This document shows, piece by piece, positions 1 through 8,739 of a stretch of DNA of 64,000 nucleotides; position 1 is the stretch's first letter; every line of letters starts with the position of its first letter. Source of the stretch: a virus. Under the pieces are notes generated by a model. It searched no databases. It was not told the DNA's origin and saw only the letters and a list, made by a program, of their open reading frames with translations. Both the position numbers and the translations under genes were made by a program. The DNA lies in the IMG/VR virus record IMGVR_UViG_3300034107_000725, positions 64,001 through 128,000 of that record, one strand, 5' to 3'.

Positions 1-83
1 ATAGTGTTGATGAAGAGGAGGTGCAAATCCTCCCGGCTCTTTTCGGTTTCAATTCCGGATTTTGACTCAAACGAGAGGCTCGT

Positions 84-932
84 ATGACAGTAGAAGAACT
101 GAAGTGGAAGAAGTTCCCAGTATCGAACGACGGATTCGTCTGCTTGGTCGACGTCATGGGCGACGACGCTGCGGTTGCTCAGGCGGCACGAACAAGCTAC
201 GGTATCGGAACCAAAGCGGTATCGGACGATCGAAGCCTACTCCGGTACCTGATGAGACACTACCACACGACACCTTTCGAGATGGTAGAGCTTAAGTTCA
301 TGGTACGAGTGCCGATGGACACATGGCGTCAGTGGATTCGCCATCGCACGGCCAGCGTGAACGAATACAGCACACGATACTCAGAAGCGATTGACAGTCA
401 GCAGACGACGATGGCTGCGGACTGGCGTACTCAGAGTACAGATAACAAGCAGGGATCGAATGGTTATATACCTGCTCATCGGGGTCAGGTGCTGTCGATG
501 CAGGAATCCGAACTGCATGAGTTGTCCAGATCCATATATCAACAGCGGTTGAACTTTGGCGTAGCCCGTGAACAGGCTCGTAAGGATCTACCACTCTCGA
601 CGTACACGGAAGCCTACTGGAAACTTAACCTGCACAATCTTCTGCACTTTCTCTACCTGCGTATGGAAGAGCACGCTCAGAAAGAGATTCGTGACTACGC
701 TACGGTCATTGGCGAGAAGATCATCAGTCAGATTTTGCCAGACACGTGGGAAGCCTTTGAAGATTACCGCAGGAAAGCGGTGCACTTCTCTCGGCTAGAG
801 ATCATCGCGTTGAAAGAGATACTGGAAACCGTAGACATCCCGGACGGTCTTGTAGACATCTCGACTGAGCACATCAAGAACAAACGGGAACGCACTGAAG
901 CCATCACCAAGATCCGAAGTCTACTGAACTGA
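84..932 (+). CDS. thyX: Flavin-dependent thymidylate synthase ThyX
   Basis: H-x-T-P-F-E motif and the ThyX signature RQWIRHRTASVNEYSTRY (RHRx7SxR); C-terminal HAQKEIRDYA. Confidence 0.97.
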   Translation: MTVEELKWKKFPVSNDGFVCLVDVMGDDAAVAQAARTSYGIGTKAVSDDRSLLRYLMRHYHTTPFEMVELKFMVRVPMDTWRQWIRHRTASVNEYSTRYSEAIDSQQTTMAADWRTQSTDNKQGSNGYIPAHRGQVLSMQESELHELSRSIYQQRLNFGVAREQARKDLPLSTYTEAYWKLNLHNLLHFLYLRMEEHAQKEIRDYATVIGEKIISQILPDTWEAFEDYRRKAVHFSRLEIIALKEILETVDIPDGLVDISTEHIKNKRERTEAITKIRSLLN

Positions 933-941
933 GATCAATAC

Positions 942-1613
942 ATGGCACTGCAACGGCTGATTGTTGGCTGGTCTCGGGGTGGCTTAGGCTACATCACCCA
1001 GCTCTTGACCAGAGCAGGGCTGGAAGTTGGCAACACATTTGACCACACGACGAGCACAGACAACTTGAATGACCGGGTAGCCAGAGCAAAACCGTTCGAA
1101 GTATCACCGTTTGTTGTTCCGTTTTTGTCTAACCCAGCCTTTCATTCGGTTCCAGTAACCTTTGTGTTACGGGATCCGATGAGAGTCTTTAACAGCCTGT
1201 ACTTTCACGGACTGTTTCACTCTGAAAAGTTCTCAGAGGTTAGACATTCAGCGGAACTTCACTTGCCACACATTCGCAGCCTTCAGGGGCGTCCTGCTCA
1301 GACGATCATAGCTTACCTGGATACTTGGTTGCGGCTGGCCAGCCACCATCGTCCAGGCATACCTACACTCCGGGTGGAGTCAGGCCCCATGCTGTTGCTA
1401 AAGTCGTTAACTGGATATGTGCCAGAGTTACTACCATACTGCCCGCCAGACGTGAATGCGTCGTATTGCAGGCAGACAACCTTACCCGACCAGTTACCCA
1501 ACGTAGCTCGTGAACGCATGTCTGCGTTGCTGCTTGAGCTGGGCTATCGTGAGGATTACTGGAGACCCTGGGGCGGACACGCTCATTACGTTACACCAGA
1601 ATGGCACTGCTGA
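942..1613 (+). CDS. Sulfotransferase-like protein (divergent)
   Basis: N-terminal LIVGWSRGGLGYITQLL resembles the 5'-PSB loop (IxGxxRSGTT) and FVLRDPMRVFNS resembles the 3'-PB motif; the PSB loop is degenerate. Confidence 0.55.
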   Translation: MALQRLIVGWSRGGLGYITQLLTRAGLEVGNTFDHTTSTDNLNDRVARAKPFEVSPFVVPFLSNPAFHSVPVTFVLRDPMRVFNSLYFHGLFHSEKFSEVRHSAELHLPHIRSLQGRPAQTIIAYLDTWLRLASHHRPGIPTLRVESGPMLLLKSLTGYVPELLPYCPPDVNASYCRQTTLPDQLPNVARERMSALLLELGYREDYWRPWGGHAHYVTPEWHC

Positions 1614-2788
1614 TGGAACCGATCATCGTCAACCGTTTTAAGCCTTATCGCAAGATGCGGTGGTGTCGGTCCAACTATCTTTGGCTTGAAACCAATCCTT
1701 ATCTGGAAAAGTATCAAATCAAGGTACACCACGGCGAAGCAGGCCCACAGGAGGTTTTGGTTATACCTTGCCCACACTTGCCGGGCCGTGAGGCTATGGT
1801 TCATGCAGATTACGGACTATGGATACAGCAAGGGCATCTAGGCACGTTTGACTATGGGGATACGCCCATGGTTTGCGACAGCTCTCTGGACTATGCTCAC
1901 TTAGATCCGGCTATCCGATCGTTAATAGGACACCCACAGATACGGGCTTACTTACCGAACACGGATTTTCGGGATCGTACAGTACAGCAGCGAAAAAGCT
2001 GGGGCGGCGAATACTATGGAACGGTACACGTCCGACGAAGACTGTACAACATGGGACCTGATGTGCGGGAAGAGCGTGGACCGTTATCGGCGGAAATTGC
2101 AAACAAGATTCAACCGCTGAACCGTCCGCCTACTCCGCCGTTCTCGGATGAGATCTTTGAGTATATTGCCAGCAAGATCAAGCCGCTTAACCAGCGGCCT
2201 GTGGATCTTTTTTTTAGTGGTCGGACAAGATATCACAAAGACCGCTACGGTAATTATCCAACGGCACACCGCAAAGAATTGGAAGACATGTGGGAGACGT
2301 TGCCAGGTCAGGTCAAAGTCCTTCGTACTTACGATAACTACGACGGAACACTGAAGGACGGCAAACCAATTGAAAAGTACAGTTATCCGTATGAGTATGT
2401 GGACGCCTTGCTTCAAGCCAAAGTGGTAATCAGTCCGTGGGGTTGGTCCCCCTGGTGTATTAGAGACATAGAAGCCCTGGCTTGCGGCTGTATCGTAGTG
2501 AAGCCTGAGTGCAGCAACATGTTGGTTTTTCCAGATATCTACGATCCCAGGAAGCAATTCCTGGTCTGGTGTGACATCACGTTTGCCGGGCTCGCGGATC
2601 AGCTCAACTACATCTACACACACATTGCCGAGATGCAAGACAGGGTAAACCGAGGACGAGAGTTCGTAACCGATGCTCTGTATCCCAACGACAAGTTGTA
2701 TGCAAGCTGGACAAGGGACATACGACAAACACTGGAAAGAGCCTTGGAAAAGCCATCATATACTCAGGCAAAGCATATCGCCCTTTGA
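1613..2788 (+). CDS. Glycosyltransferase, GT-B-like (Glyco_trans_1_2 type C-terminus)
   Basis: DLFFSG...YVDALLQAKVVISPWG...RDIEALACGCIVVKP; TGATG overlap with the upstream stop favours the start at 1613 (ORF track gives 1601). Confidence 0.75.
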   Translation: MEPIIVNRFKPYRKMRWCRSNYLWLETNPYLEKYQIKVHHGEAGPQEVLVIPCPHLPGREAMVHADYGLWIQQGHLGTFDYGDTPMVCDSSLDYAHLDPAIRSLIGHPQIRAYLPNTDFRDRTVQQRKSWGGEYYGTVHVRRRLYNMGPDVREERGPLSAEIANKIQPLNRPPTPPFSDEIFEYIASKIKPLNQRPVDLFFSGRTRYHKDRYGNYPTAHRKELEDMWETLPGQVKVLRTYDNYDGTLKDGKPIEKYSYPYEYVDALLQAKVVISPWGWSPWCIRDIEALACGCIVVKPECSNMLVFPDIYDPRKQFLVWCDITFAGLADQLNYIYTHIAEMQDRVNRGREFVTDALYPNDKLYASWTRDIRQTLERALEKPSYTQAKHIAL

Positions 2789-3021
2789 CCCAAGTTTCTT
2801 TAAATACTAGACGTAAGTTACAATGTTTTATGGTCATACGGTCGCATAAGGATGGCGACTATTTAAGCTATGAACTGTTTTTCAACCGCAGTGGTTTCAT
2901 TACTCAGAATTTGACCGTCACACACACTACCCGTCATGGAGGATTAGTGTATGCAACCTCGGAAACCTTCCGACGTCTCGACAGAGCAAATGTTCGAAAC
3001 CGCGTTACGCCACAAAGGTAA
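2785..3021 (+). CDS. Small hypothetical protein
   Basis: Fills the gap between genes and overlaps the upstream stop, but has a TTG start and a 70-bp overlap with the next gene. Confidence 0.35.
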   Translation: MTQVSLNTRRKLQCFMVIRSHKDGDYLSYELFFNRSGFITQNLTVTHTTRHGGLVYATSETFRRLDRANVRNRVTPQR

Positions 3022-4285
3022 CTTGGTGACTGCAGCAGCAGAGCTCGGCTTAGCCAGTCGATCTGTTATTTGGACTCGACTGAACAGGGCAGGAATGCTT
3101 GCAAAGCTACGCGAGTCTACCGGACAAACGCACGTTGTCTCTAAAAAGGAAAACATCAAGATCAAGGAGCAGGCAGACTCCGCCGAGATTGAATACCTGG
3201 GCGACCAGATTCATACAGCGGAAGAACTGCTGGCAAAATCCGGAATTAACATGGACCTTTATGAGGTCGAACGTATCACAGTCAACAACTGGGAAGTAGC
3301 CGGAGCCAAGAAGCAGACAGATGGCATCTGGAAGACTGGATTACGTCAGATCAAGGTTTCACTTCGACGTAAGAGAGACGAGACTATTTCTCTGGAGCGA
3401 TTGCTACAGGACCTGAAATCAAACTCGCCTATTGCTAAAGCCTACGACTATCCAAAACCGTTAGCCCAGACTTATCGACGGGCTTTGGAAGTCTCCATCA
3501 TGGATCCGCACTTTGGTATGCAGTGCTACCAGGGAGAAAGCGATCATGATTGGAATCTGGAAATCTGTAGCAACATCTGTATGTGGGCTATCGATTCGCT
3601 GATTAAACGAGCAGAGGGTTATGGTCAGTTTGAGGAGATCGTCTTTCCTTTCGGTAACGACTTTCTTCACCATGACAACATGATGCACACGACGACCAAA
3701 GGCACGATACAACCGGAAGCCATGGCGTTCCAGTACGTGTATGAGCATGCGATACGCTTGGCAGTGACCATGGTAGATCGACTGGCTCAAATCGCTCCAG
3801 TGCGTGTAATTCAGGTTTCAGGAAATCACGATTACGTGGCTTCTTTTAGCCTTGGACACGTGTTGAAAGCGTACTATAGAAACAACGAGAATGTTTCGGT
3901 GGAGGTGAATCCTTCGCCGTACAAGTTCTACAAGTTCGGAGCAAACCTGATTGGCTTTGACCATGGTCACCATATCAAAGCTGGGAAACTGGCAGGGCTC
4001 ATGGCTCAACACTGTCGTGAGCACTGGGCGACCACCAGCTTTAGAGAATGGCATCTGGGCGACCAACACCGCAAGGGCACAGGCAGTCCCGTGGTTATGG
4101 AAGAGCAGGGAGTGAGCGTAGAATACCTACCAGCTCTGACACCGCCTAACGGCTGGCACAAGCTCAAGGGCTTTAACTGGCAACAACGCGGGGCGATGGG
4201 TTTTGTGTGGGATCACGACGAGGGACCGATTGCACGGTTACAGGTCAATCTTGACAGTTACACCGGCAAGCCTATGGGTACTTGA
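2951..4285 (+). CDS. Calcineurin-like metallophosphoesterase with N-terminal HTH
   Basis: Motifs DPHFG, GNDFLH, SGNHD, DHGH, HLGDQH; N-terminal LVTAAAELGLASRSVIWTRL resembles a Fis-type HTH. Confidence 0.85.
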   Translation: MQPRKPSDVSTEQMFETALRHKGNLVTAAAELGLASRSVIWTRLNRAGMLAKLRESTGQTHVVSKKENIKIKEQADSAEIEYLGDQIHTAEELLAKSGINMDLYEVERITVNNWEVAGAKKQTDGIWKTGLRQIKVSLRRKRDETISLERLLQDLKSNSPIAKAYDYPKPLAQTYRRALEVSIMDPHFGMQCYQGESDHDWNLEICSNICMWAIDSLIKRAEGYGQFEEIVFPFGNDFLHHDNMMHTTTKGTIQPEAMAFQYVYEHAIRLAVTMVDRLAQIAPVRVIQVSGNHDYVASFSLGHVLKAYYRNNENVSVEVNPSPYKFYKFGANLIGFDHGHHIKAGKLAGLMAQHCREHWATTSFREWHLGDQHRKGTGSPVVMEEQGVSVEYLPALTPPNGWHKLKGFNWQQRGAMGFVWDHDEGPIARLQVNLDSYTGKPMGT

Positions 4286-4319
4286 GGTGAGAGTACCATG
4301 ATTACCAAGGAGGGTAACT

Positions 4320-4652
4320 ATGGCTCGACGAGAGTTTGATCATGTGTTACGGATGATCCGCAAGGAATGTCCAATATCAGTACCGATTCGAGTGGTTAGT
4401 CGAAACCTGGAAACCGAGCGGTTGTGCGGGAGTTGCACAACCTATGTGTTCGAGGATAGTTCGATTGAGAAGTTTCTAATTGAGATCGATAACTCTCTGA
4501 CTCGTATTTCTGCGGTGGATACCTTGTTACACGAATGGGCTCATGCGATGGACCAAGATCGCAACGGAGTAACAACAGATTCCCACCGAGATAGTTGGGG
4601 ACTTTGCTATGCGGAGGCATGGCGGGCTTACACAACTAAGATACCGGAATGA
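4320..4652 (+). CDS. Small HExxH zinc metallopeptidase-like protein
   Basis: DTLLHEWAHA plus a downstream His (SHRDSWG), SprT/ImmA-like. Confidence 0.7.
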   Translation: MARREFDHVLRMIRKECPISVPIRVVSRNLETERLCGSCTTYVFEDSSIEKFLIEIDNSLTRISAVDTLLHEWAHAMDQDRNGVTTDSHRDSWGLCYAEAWRAYTTKIPE

Positions 4653-4674
4653 CCGGTGTAAAATTTAACAGGCC

Positions 4675-4711
4675 AAAAGAGTTATCCCGCCGGGTGACTC
4701 TTTTTTTTTTT
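4675..4711 (+). terminator. Rho-independent terminator (possibly bidirectional)
   Basis: AAAAGAGTTATCCC-GCC-GGGTGACTC followed by T11, just after the stop at 4652. Confidence 0.85.
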
Positions 4712-4722
4712 ATGAAAGAGGG

Positions 4723-4751
4723 TTGACGGTGTAACCCAAAGGGGTTACAAA
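4723..4751 (+). promoter_or_regulatory. Sigma70-like promoter with an internal inverted repeat
   Basis: TTGACG-17 bp-TACAAA; TGTAACCC(4730-4737)/GGGTTACA(4742-4749) inverted repeat covers the spacer and -10. Confidence 0.4.
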
Positions 4752-4793
4752 TTGATTTGTCTAATTCTGGATTTTAAAACCAAGGATCCACTC

Positions 4794-5612
4794 ATGCCTG
4801 CTCCACTGGTCTCTTGTATTCTGCCTTTCGCAAACGCACAGCGAATAACCCTGGTTCGTAAGGTAGTTAACAACTTTATACGGCAGCACTACACTCCTTA
4901 TGAGTTGATTATCGTCAACAGCTCTGGGACCAAGGTGCTGACCAACAACGACATGGACACCCCGGAAATGCGGGATGCCGGTTGTCGTATTACTGAAATA
5001 GTAGCCTCCTCGGGGCTGAACGCCTCGACTATGAAAAACATAGGGCTGAAGAACGCGATTGGTGACTGGGTGACCTGCATCGACGATGACGATTACTACC
5101 ACCCGACTCGGTTAATGTTTCAGATGGCTCATCGCCGTGAGCATAACCCTTGCATGCTGAAGTATCAGCTGCGGGTAGATCTCTCAGAGGCTTTAAGCAG
5201 TACGCTTGAAAGTGACCTGCAAGCGGTGCAACCTAAGCTCCACTTGTTAAAACGGGAAGACGGTATTCCATGTACCATGCTGTTCCCTAGGATTGAAATC
5301 TCTACAGGGCATAACTGGATATTCGACGAGCGACTCAATACCGGAGAGTACGGAGAGCTATTAACTCGAATGCATCGGCGAGGGCGGAACGGCGTTGTGT
5401 GCGACAACATGCACAGTCCGTTAATCACTGGTTTACATTGGCCGATGCTGTCCATTGCTGTGTATCACGGTGGGAATGAATTGACTCGAGAGCAGTTCTT
5501 TCCGCAGTCTGATCCACTGGTTGGGCAATTTGGCGTACCAACGGGACTCAATCCCACAGACATGGAACAGCTTAAGATCGTTCTGCAATCATATAATTTT
5601 CAAATTCTCTAA
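4794..5612 (+). CDS. Glycosyltransferase family 2 (GT-A)
   Basis: LVSCILP...YELIIVN...KNIGLKNAIGDWVTCIDDDDYYHPTRL; SD AAGGA upstream of ATG 4794. Confidence 0.85.
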   Translation: MPAPLVSCILPFANAQRITLVRKVVNNFIRQHYTPYELIIVNSSGTKVLTNNDMDTPEMRDAGCRITEIVASSGLNASTMKNIGLKNAIGDWVTCIDDDDYYHPTRLMFQMAHRREHNPCMLKYQLRVDLSEALSSTLESDLQAVQPKLHLLKREDGIPCTMLFPRIEISTGHNWIFDERLNTGEYGELLTRMHRRGRNGVVCDNMHSPLITGLHWPMLSIAVYHGGNELTREQFFPQSDPLVGQFGVPTGLNPTDMEQLKIVLQSYNFQIL

Positions 5613-5636
5613 TGTGTTTTAGCTAAGGACGTGACG

Positions 5637-6407
5637 ATGGCATGGTACAACCAGGAAAAACCTGACACGATGAATTTTGTCGTAGCAGGTAATTACCACT
5701 CAGGTTATGGTTTGCTCCAGGCGGCATTGTCCGCTCACCCTAGCGTTGTTTGTCACGGGGACGTACTGCACACGGAAGATAAGATTCGGCAAATCGAGCA
5801 TGAGAGCTATTTTGGCGATTCAGGTAGAGTGCCGGATTGGTACGTCCCAACACATTTGAGTGCAGAGCAGTATCTAAACAACAAGATCTTTGACAACACC
5901 TTGCACCAAGAGCGAGCAGTCGGCGTAAAGATCAACTACTGCAACTTCGTCCAGCACGATTTGTGGGACTATGTTGATCAGAAGTGTCGTCAGGGTGACT
6001 TCTATCTTGTACACGTCGTGAGAAATCCCATCGCTTGTTACGTAGCCTGGAAGCAAGCTCAAGGTAACAATGGATTGTTAGGTCCTGCGGTTCGCAGTCA
6101 TACAGTGTTTGTGGAGCCTCAAGAGCTAACCCAGTTTGTGCGGGAGCACGAAGCAGTGAAGCTCAAGATTGATCGGTTGTGTTCCTCGCGTGCAGTGATA
6201 CTTTATCACGAGATGCTTTTGGACTTTCGGGGCACGCTGGAGAAGTTGCTTCCTTGGATGGAGCTACCGTTTAGCTCTGCTTGTGTCATTAACCAGGCTC
6301 GGGTAAAACGACGAGACATTCGTAGTCGGGTTTCCAACTGGTCGCAGCTCAAGACTGCACTACCTCGGGACGTATTGGCATACCTCGAAGACCCTACGCT
6401 TTTTTGA
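5637..6407 (+). CDS. Stf0-like sulfotransferase (divergent)
   Basis: FVVAGNYHSGYGLLQAALSAHPSVVCHGDVL, VHVVRNPIACYVAW and ILYHEML follow the Stf0/sulfotransferase layout. Confidence 0.65.
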   Translation: MAWYNQEKPDTMNFVVAGNYHSGYGLLQAALSAHPSVVCHGDVLHTEDKIRQIEHESYFGDSGRVPDWYVPTHLSAEQYLNNKIFDNTLHQERAVGVKINYCNFVQHDLWDYVDQKCRQGDFYLVHVVRNPIACYVAWKQAQGNNGLLGPAVRSHTVFVEPQELTQFVREHEAVKLKIDRLCSSRAVILYHEMLLDFRGTLEKLLPWMELPFSSACVINQARVKRRDIRSRVSNWSQLKTALPRDVLAYLEDPTLF

Positions 6408-6421
6408 TCCTCAAGGACACT

Positions 6422-6643
6422 ATGACAAAGCCAAAGAAGGAAAATCCACCGTTGACGGATCGCGAGTGGCAAGTTGTACGACTGATTCAACAGAATAAGA
6501 AGTACAGAGAGATTGCAACAGAATTGGGATTGGGCTACGAGACTGTGAAGACTTATGCCACGCGTATTCGTCGCAAGCTCAATCTGACGTCTAAAGTGGC
6601 GGTTGCGTTGTGGGCACAAGAGAAAGGAAAGTCTGATGGATAA
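6422..6643 (+). CDS. Solo LuxR/GerE-type HTH regulator
   Basis: LTDREWQVVRLI...YREIATELGLGYETVKTYATRIRRKLN; no receiver or ligand domain. Confidence 0.9.
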   Translation: MTKPKKENPPLTDREWQVVRLIQQNKKYREIATELGLGYETVKTYATRIRRKLNLTSKVAVALWAQEKGKSDG

Positions 6644-7205
6644 ACTGAAGCAGTTGGCGACCATCGGCGGCAAGCAACAGTGGTCACAGTACCAAGAAGC
6701 GGTAAGAAAAGAGCTGTTAGCGGGACGACACGACAATTCGATTGCGATAGAATTCCCGGAAGAGCCTATCCGTTATCCTTGTCTGGTGGCATCCAAGGCA
6801 AACGAAATTGACATCACACAGCCGGGATCCTTTGCCCGCATAGTTGTGTCTTGTTGCTACGTTTATCCAGAAGATGCCAGGCATCTGCTAGAAGTTGCAA
6901 GCCGCTCAAATCCAAACTGGAATCCTATGGTCACAACGAAAGTTGAGACATTTCTTGATCTACCTCGTGAACTGGCTGGCGTCGTTGATTACGACGATGA
7001 CGACTACAGTCCAACCGAGCTGGGCACTCTCACATTAGCTCTATTGCTGGAGTTAAAAGACATTGGAGCCTTGAAGCTGGATAAGTTGACACAGCGGATG
7101 GCTAAGGTAGACGATTGGCTGGTCAAACAGACGGCGGAAGAGCTTGAGTACGCACAAACGATTGAGATTGTAGAAAAGATTTGGGGAGACTCGGATGTTA
7201 GCTAA
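6636..7205 (+). CDS. Hypothetical protein
   Basis: Long ORF translationally coupled to both neighbours. Confidence 0.7.
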   Translation: MDKLKQLATIGGKQQWSQYQEAVRKELLAGRHDNSIAIEFPEEPIRYPCLVASKANEIDITQPGSFARIVVSCCYVYPEDARHLLEVASRSNPNWNPMVTTKVETFLDLPRELAGVVDYDDDDYSPTELGTLTLALLLELKDIGALKLDKLTQRMAKVDDWLVKQTAEELEYAQTIEIVEKIWGDSDVS

Positions 7206-7824
7206 TCTGTTTGATCCGAAGTGGTGGTACATGGAGATTCCACGTACCGGATCGTCAACGCTAGATCGTGCTTTGTTTCAAGTGCTGCCAGGAGCAGTCA
7301 GCTTGTATCAAAAGCACTGGCCGATACTACCAACACCGTTTCTTGATCCTAACGCTCCGGATGTGACAGGGATTGTTTCGATTCGCAATCCCTACAGCCG
7401 GGCGGTTAGCTGTTGGCAGTTCTTTACAAAACCCGGGTCAATATCCTTCCGTGACTGGACGCGAGAGCGGCTAATTCAAGGTTTTGTAAACTTGCAGATT
7501 GAAGCTCGACCACAGAGCTTCTGGTTCAACCTTCACAAGTGGGAAGCGGTTATCCGACAGGACCACCTGGAAGACGATTTCTGGGCCGCGGTGCATTCGA
7601 TGTACCCGGACATACCTCGTAAAGACATCACAAGGTATAACGACATCAACGGCGACTGGAATAACCGGGCGGGTTTTAAAACATCCAGACCGAACCCGTG
7701 GCACACCTACTACTGCGAAGAATCTCTAAACAACGTAGCGGTTATCTACGACACAGATTTTGAATGTCTGGAGCAGTGGTACTCACGAGATTTTTCTGAG
7801 GCAATTTCTGGAAGTAAAAGCTAG
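7195..7824 (+). CDS. Sulfotransferase (Sulfotransfer_2-like)
   Basis: YMEIPRTGSSTL (intact PSB loop) and SIRNPYSRAVSCW (3'-PB motif). Confidence 0.8.
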   Translation: MLANLFDPKWWYMEIPRTGSSTLDRALFQVLPGAVSLYQKHWPILPTPFLDPNAPDVTGIVSIRNPYSRAVSCWQFFTKPGSISFRDWTRERLIQGFVNLQIEARPQSFWFNLHKWEAVIRQDHLEDDFWAAVHSMYPDIPRKDITRYNDINGDWNNRAGFKTSRPNPWHTYYCEESLNNVAVIYDTDFECLEQWYSRDFSEAISGSKS

Positions 7825-7894
7825 ACAATCCAAATTGCCCGTGATAAACTTTCCTTCGTTGGTCATTAGGGAATCTTGTGAAACTGCCAACATC

Positions 7895-7935
7895 GAACCC
7901 CGTTGGACTGCAATTCCTTCGGGGTTTCTTCTTGT
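7895..7935 (+). terminator. Hairpin with a U-rich tail, possible terminator of the 4794-7824 operon
   Basis: GAACCCCG(7895-7902)/CGGGGTTT(7920-7927) stem followed by CTTCTTGT. Confidence 0.4.
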
Positions 7936-7970
7936 CTACTCAAATTCCCTGTTCAATTTTTTAATAAGTA

Positions 7971-7999
7971 TTCGCTATCATAGGTAGCTGCGATATAAT
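7971..7999 (+). promoter_or_regulatory. Sigma70-like promoter
   Basis: TTCGCT-17 bp-TATAAT with an AT-rich UP-like region upstream; predicted start ~8006 coincides with the 5' end of a closing RNA stem. Confidence 0.6.
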
Positions 8000-8005
8000 C
8001 CCGAT

Positions 8006-8202
8006 TGGTGACTTTGCCGCAGGTGTCGGCAGGTTAGGGGACTCGACGCAGCCAGGATAGCAGCGACACGGGTTAGGACGACTGCCTAAGTGAAAAACCA
8101 GCAGTTGGAGGTATTTCAGTCGCACCTTTTAGACTGGAAACAGCGAAGAGTCTTGCAACCCTTCGCACTGGACTTGAGGTAGGGGATCTCAAGGGGTCAC
8201 CA
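8006..8202 (+). ncRNA. Unidentified ~195-nt multi-stem structured RNA (trans ncRNA or 5' leader)
   Basis: Closing stem 8006-8014/8194-8202; hairpins at 8015-8031, 8073-8089, 8114-8139, 8143-8166, 8173-8193; loops AGGTGT and GCACCT are complementary; no credible ORF. Confidence 0.55.
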
Positions 8203-8239
8203 TTTTCCATCACTACTTCTCTCAGGGACGTCGAGAAGC

Positions 8240-8731
8240 ATGTCACAAGACCACCGTAATCAGCTCGATAAAGTCAAAGAACGAATTCAAAACCTACAGA
8301 CTGGATCTGCCCGAGTTCTCGGGCAAGACTCTGGGATCTGGGGAAGACAAGAAGAAATCATTGAACTACTGTCGACCGTGGCAGAAAATCTAAGTGATGT
8401 GTCGGAGATCAGAGGCCAAGAGCATATTCAGATCATCCAGCAAGTAGCTACGATCGAATCTAACATCGACCACATCAAACGCGATGTAGGACTTCTTTGC
8501 AAGTTGGTGAGAGACGGCAACGGACAGCCTTCGATCATTCAACGATTGGCGAACCTGGAAACAGTTGTACACAATCAAACACGTGACATCGAGCAAATCG
8601 GTCAGCATGCCAATTCGATCATGGCAGCTCGTATGCTTACCAAGTCGCAAATCATCACAGGCTTAACTGGCATGGTGATTACCGCTCTGCTTTCGTCATT
8701 AGCCCTGTTCGCGACTTTGCTGAAACCGTAG
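8240..8731 (+). CDS. Coiled-coil protein with a C-terminal transmembrane helix
   Basis: Heptad-rich body; hydrophobic C-terminus IITGLTGMVITALLSSLALFATLL. Confidence 0.7.
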   Translation: MSQDHRNQLDKVKERIQNLQTGSARVLGQDSGIWGRQEEIIELLSTVAENLSDVSEIRGQEHIQIIQQVATIESNIDHIKRDVGLLCKLVRDGNGQPSIIQRLANLETVVHNQTRDIEQIGQHANSIMAARMLTKSQIITGLTGMVITALLSSLALFATLLKP

Positions 8732-8739
8732 GAGTTGCT

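Noticed and set aside
7903-7919. tRNA-Cys gene
   Set aside because: Only an anticodon-loop-like hairpin; no acceptor, D or T arms in cloverleaf arrangement on either strand
7760-7987. 75-aa ORF across the intergenic region
   Set aside because: Overlaps the sulfotransferase end, hairpins and promoter; no SD; atypical composition
8023-8075. SRP RNA or tmRNA identity for the ncRNA
   Set aside because: Partial look-alikes (CAGG...AGCAGC; GACTCGACG; GACACGGGTT), but no GNRA-capped S-domain, no TTCGA T-loop/CCA end, and too short for tmRNA
8032-8077. GGTTAGG repeats as telomere-like sequence
   Set aside because: Only two dispersed copies, not tandem
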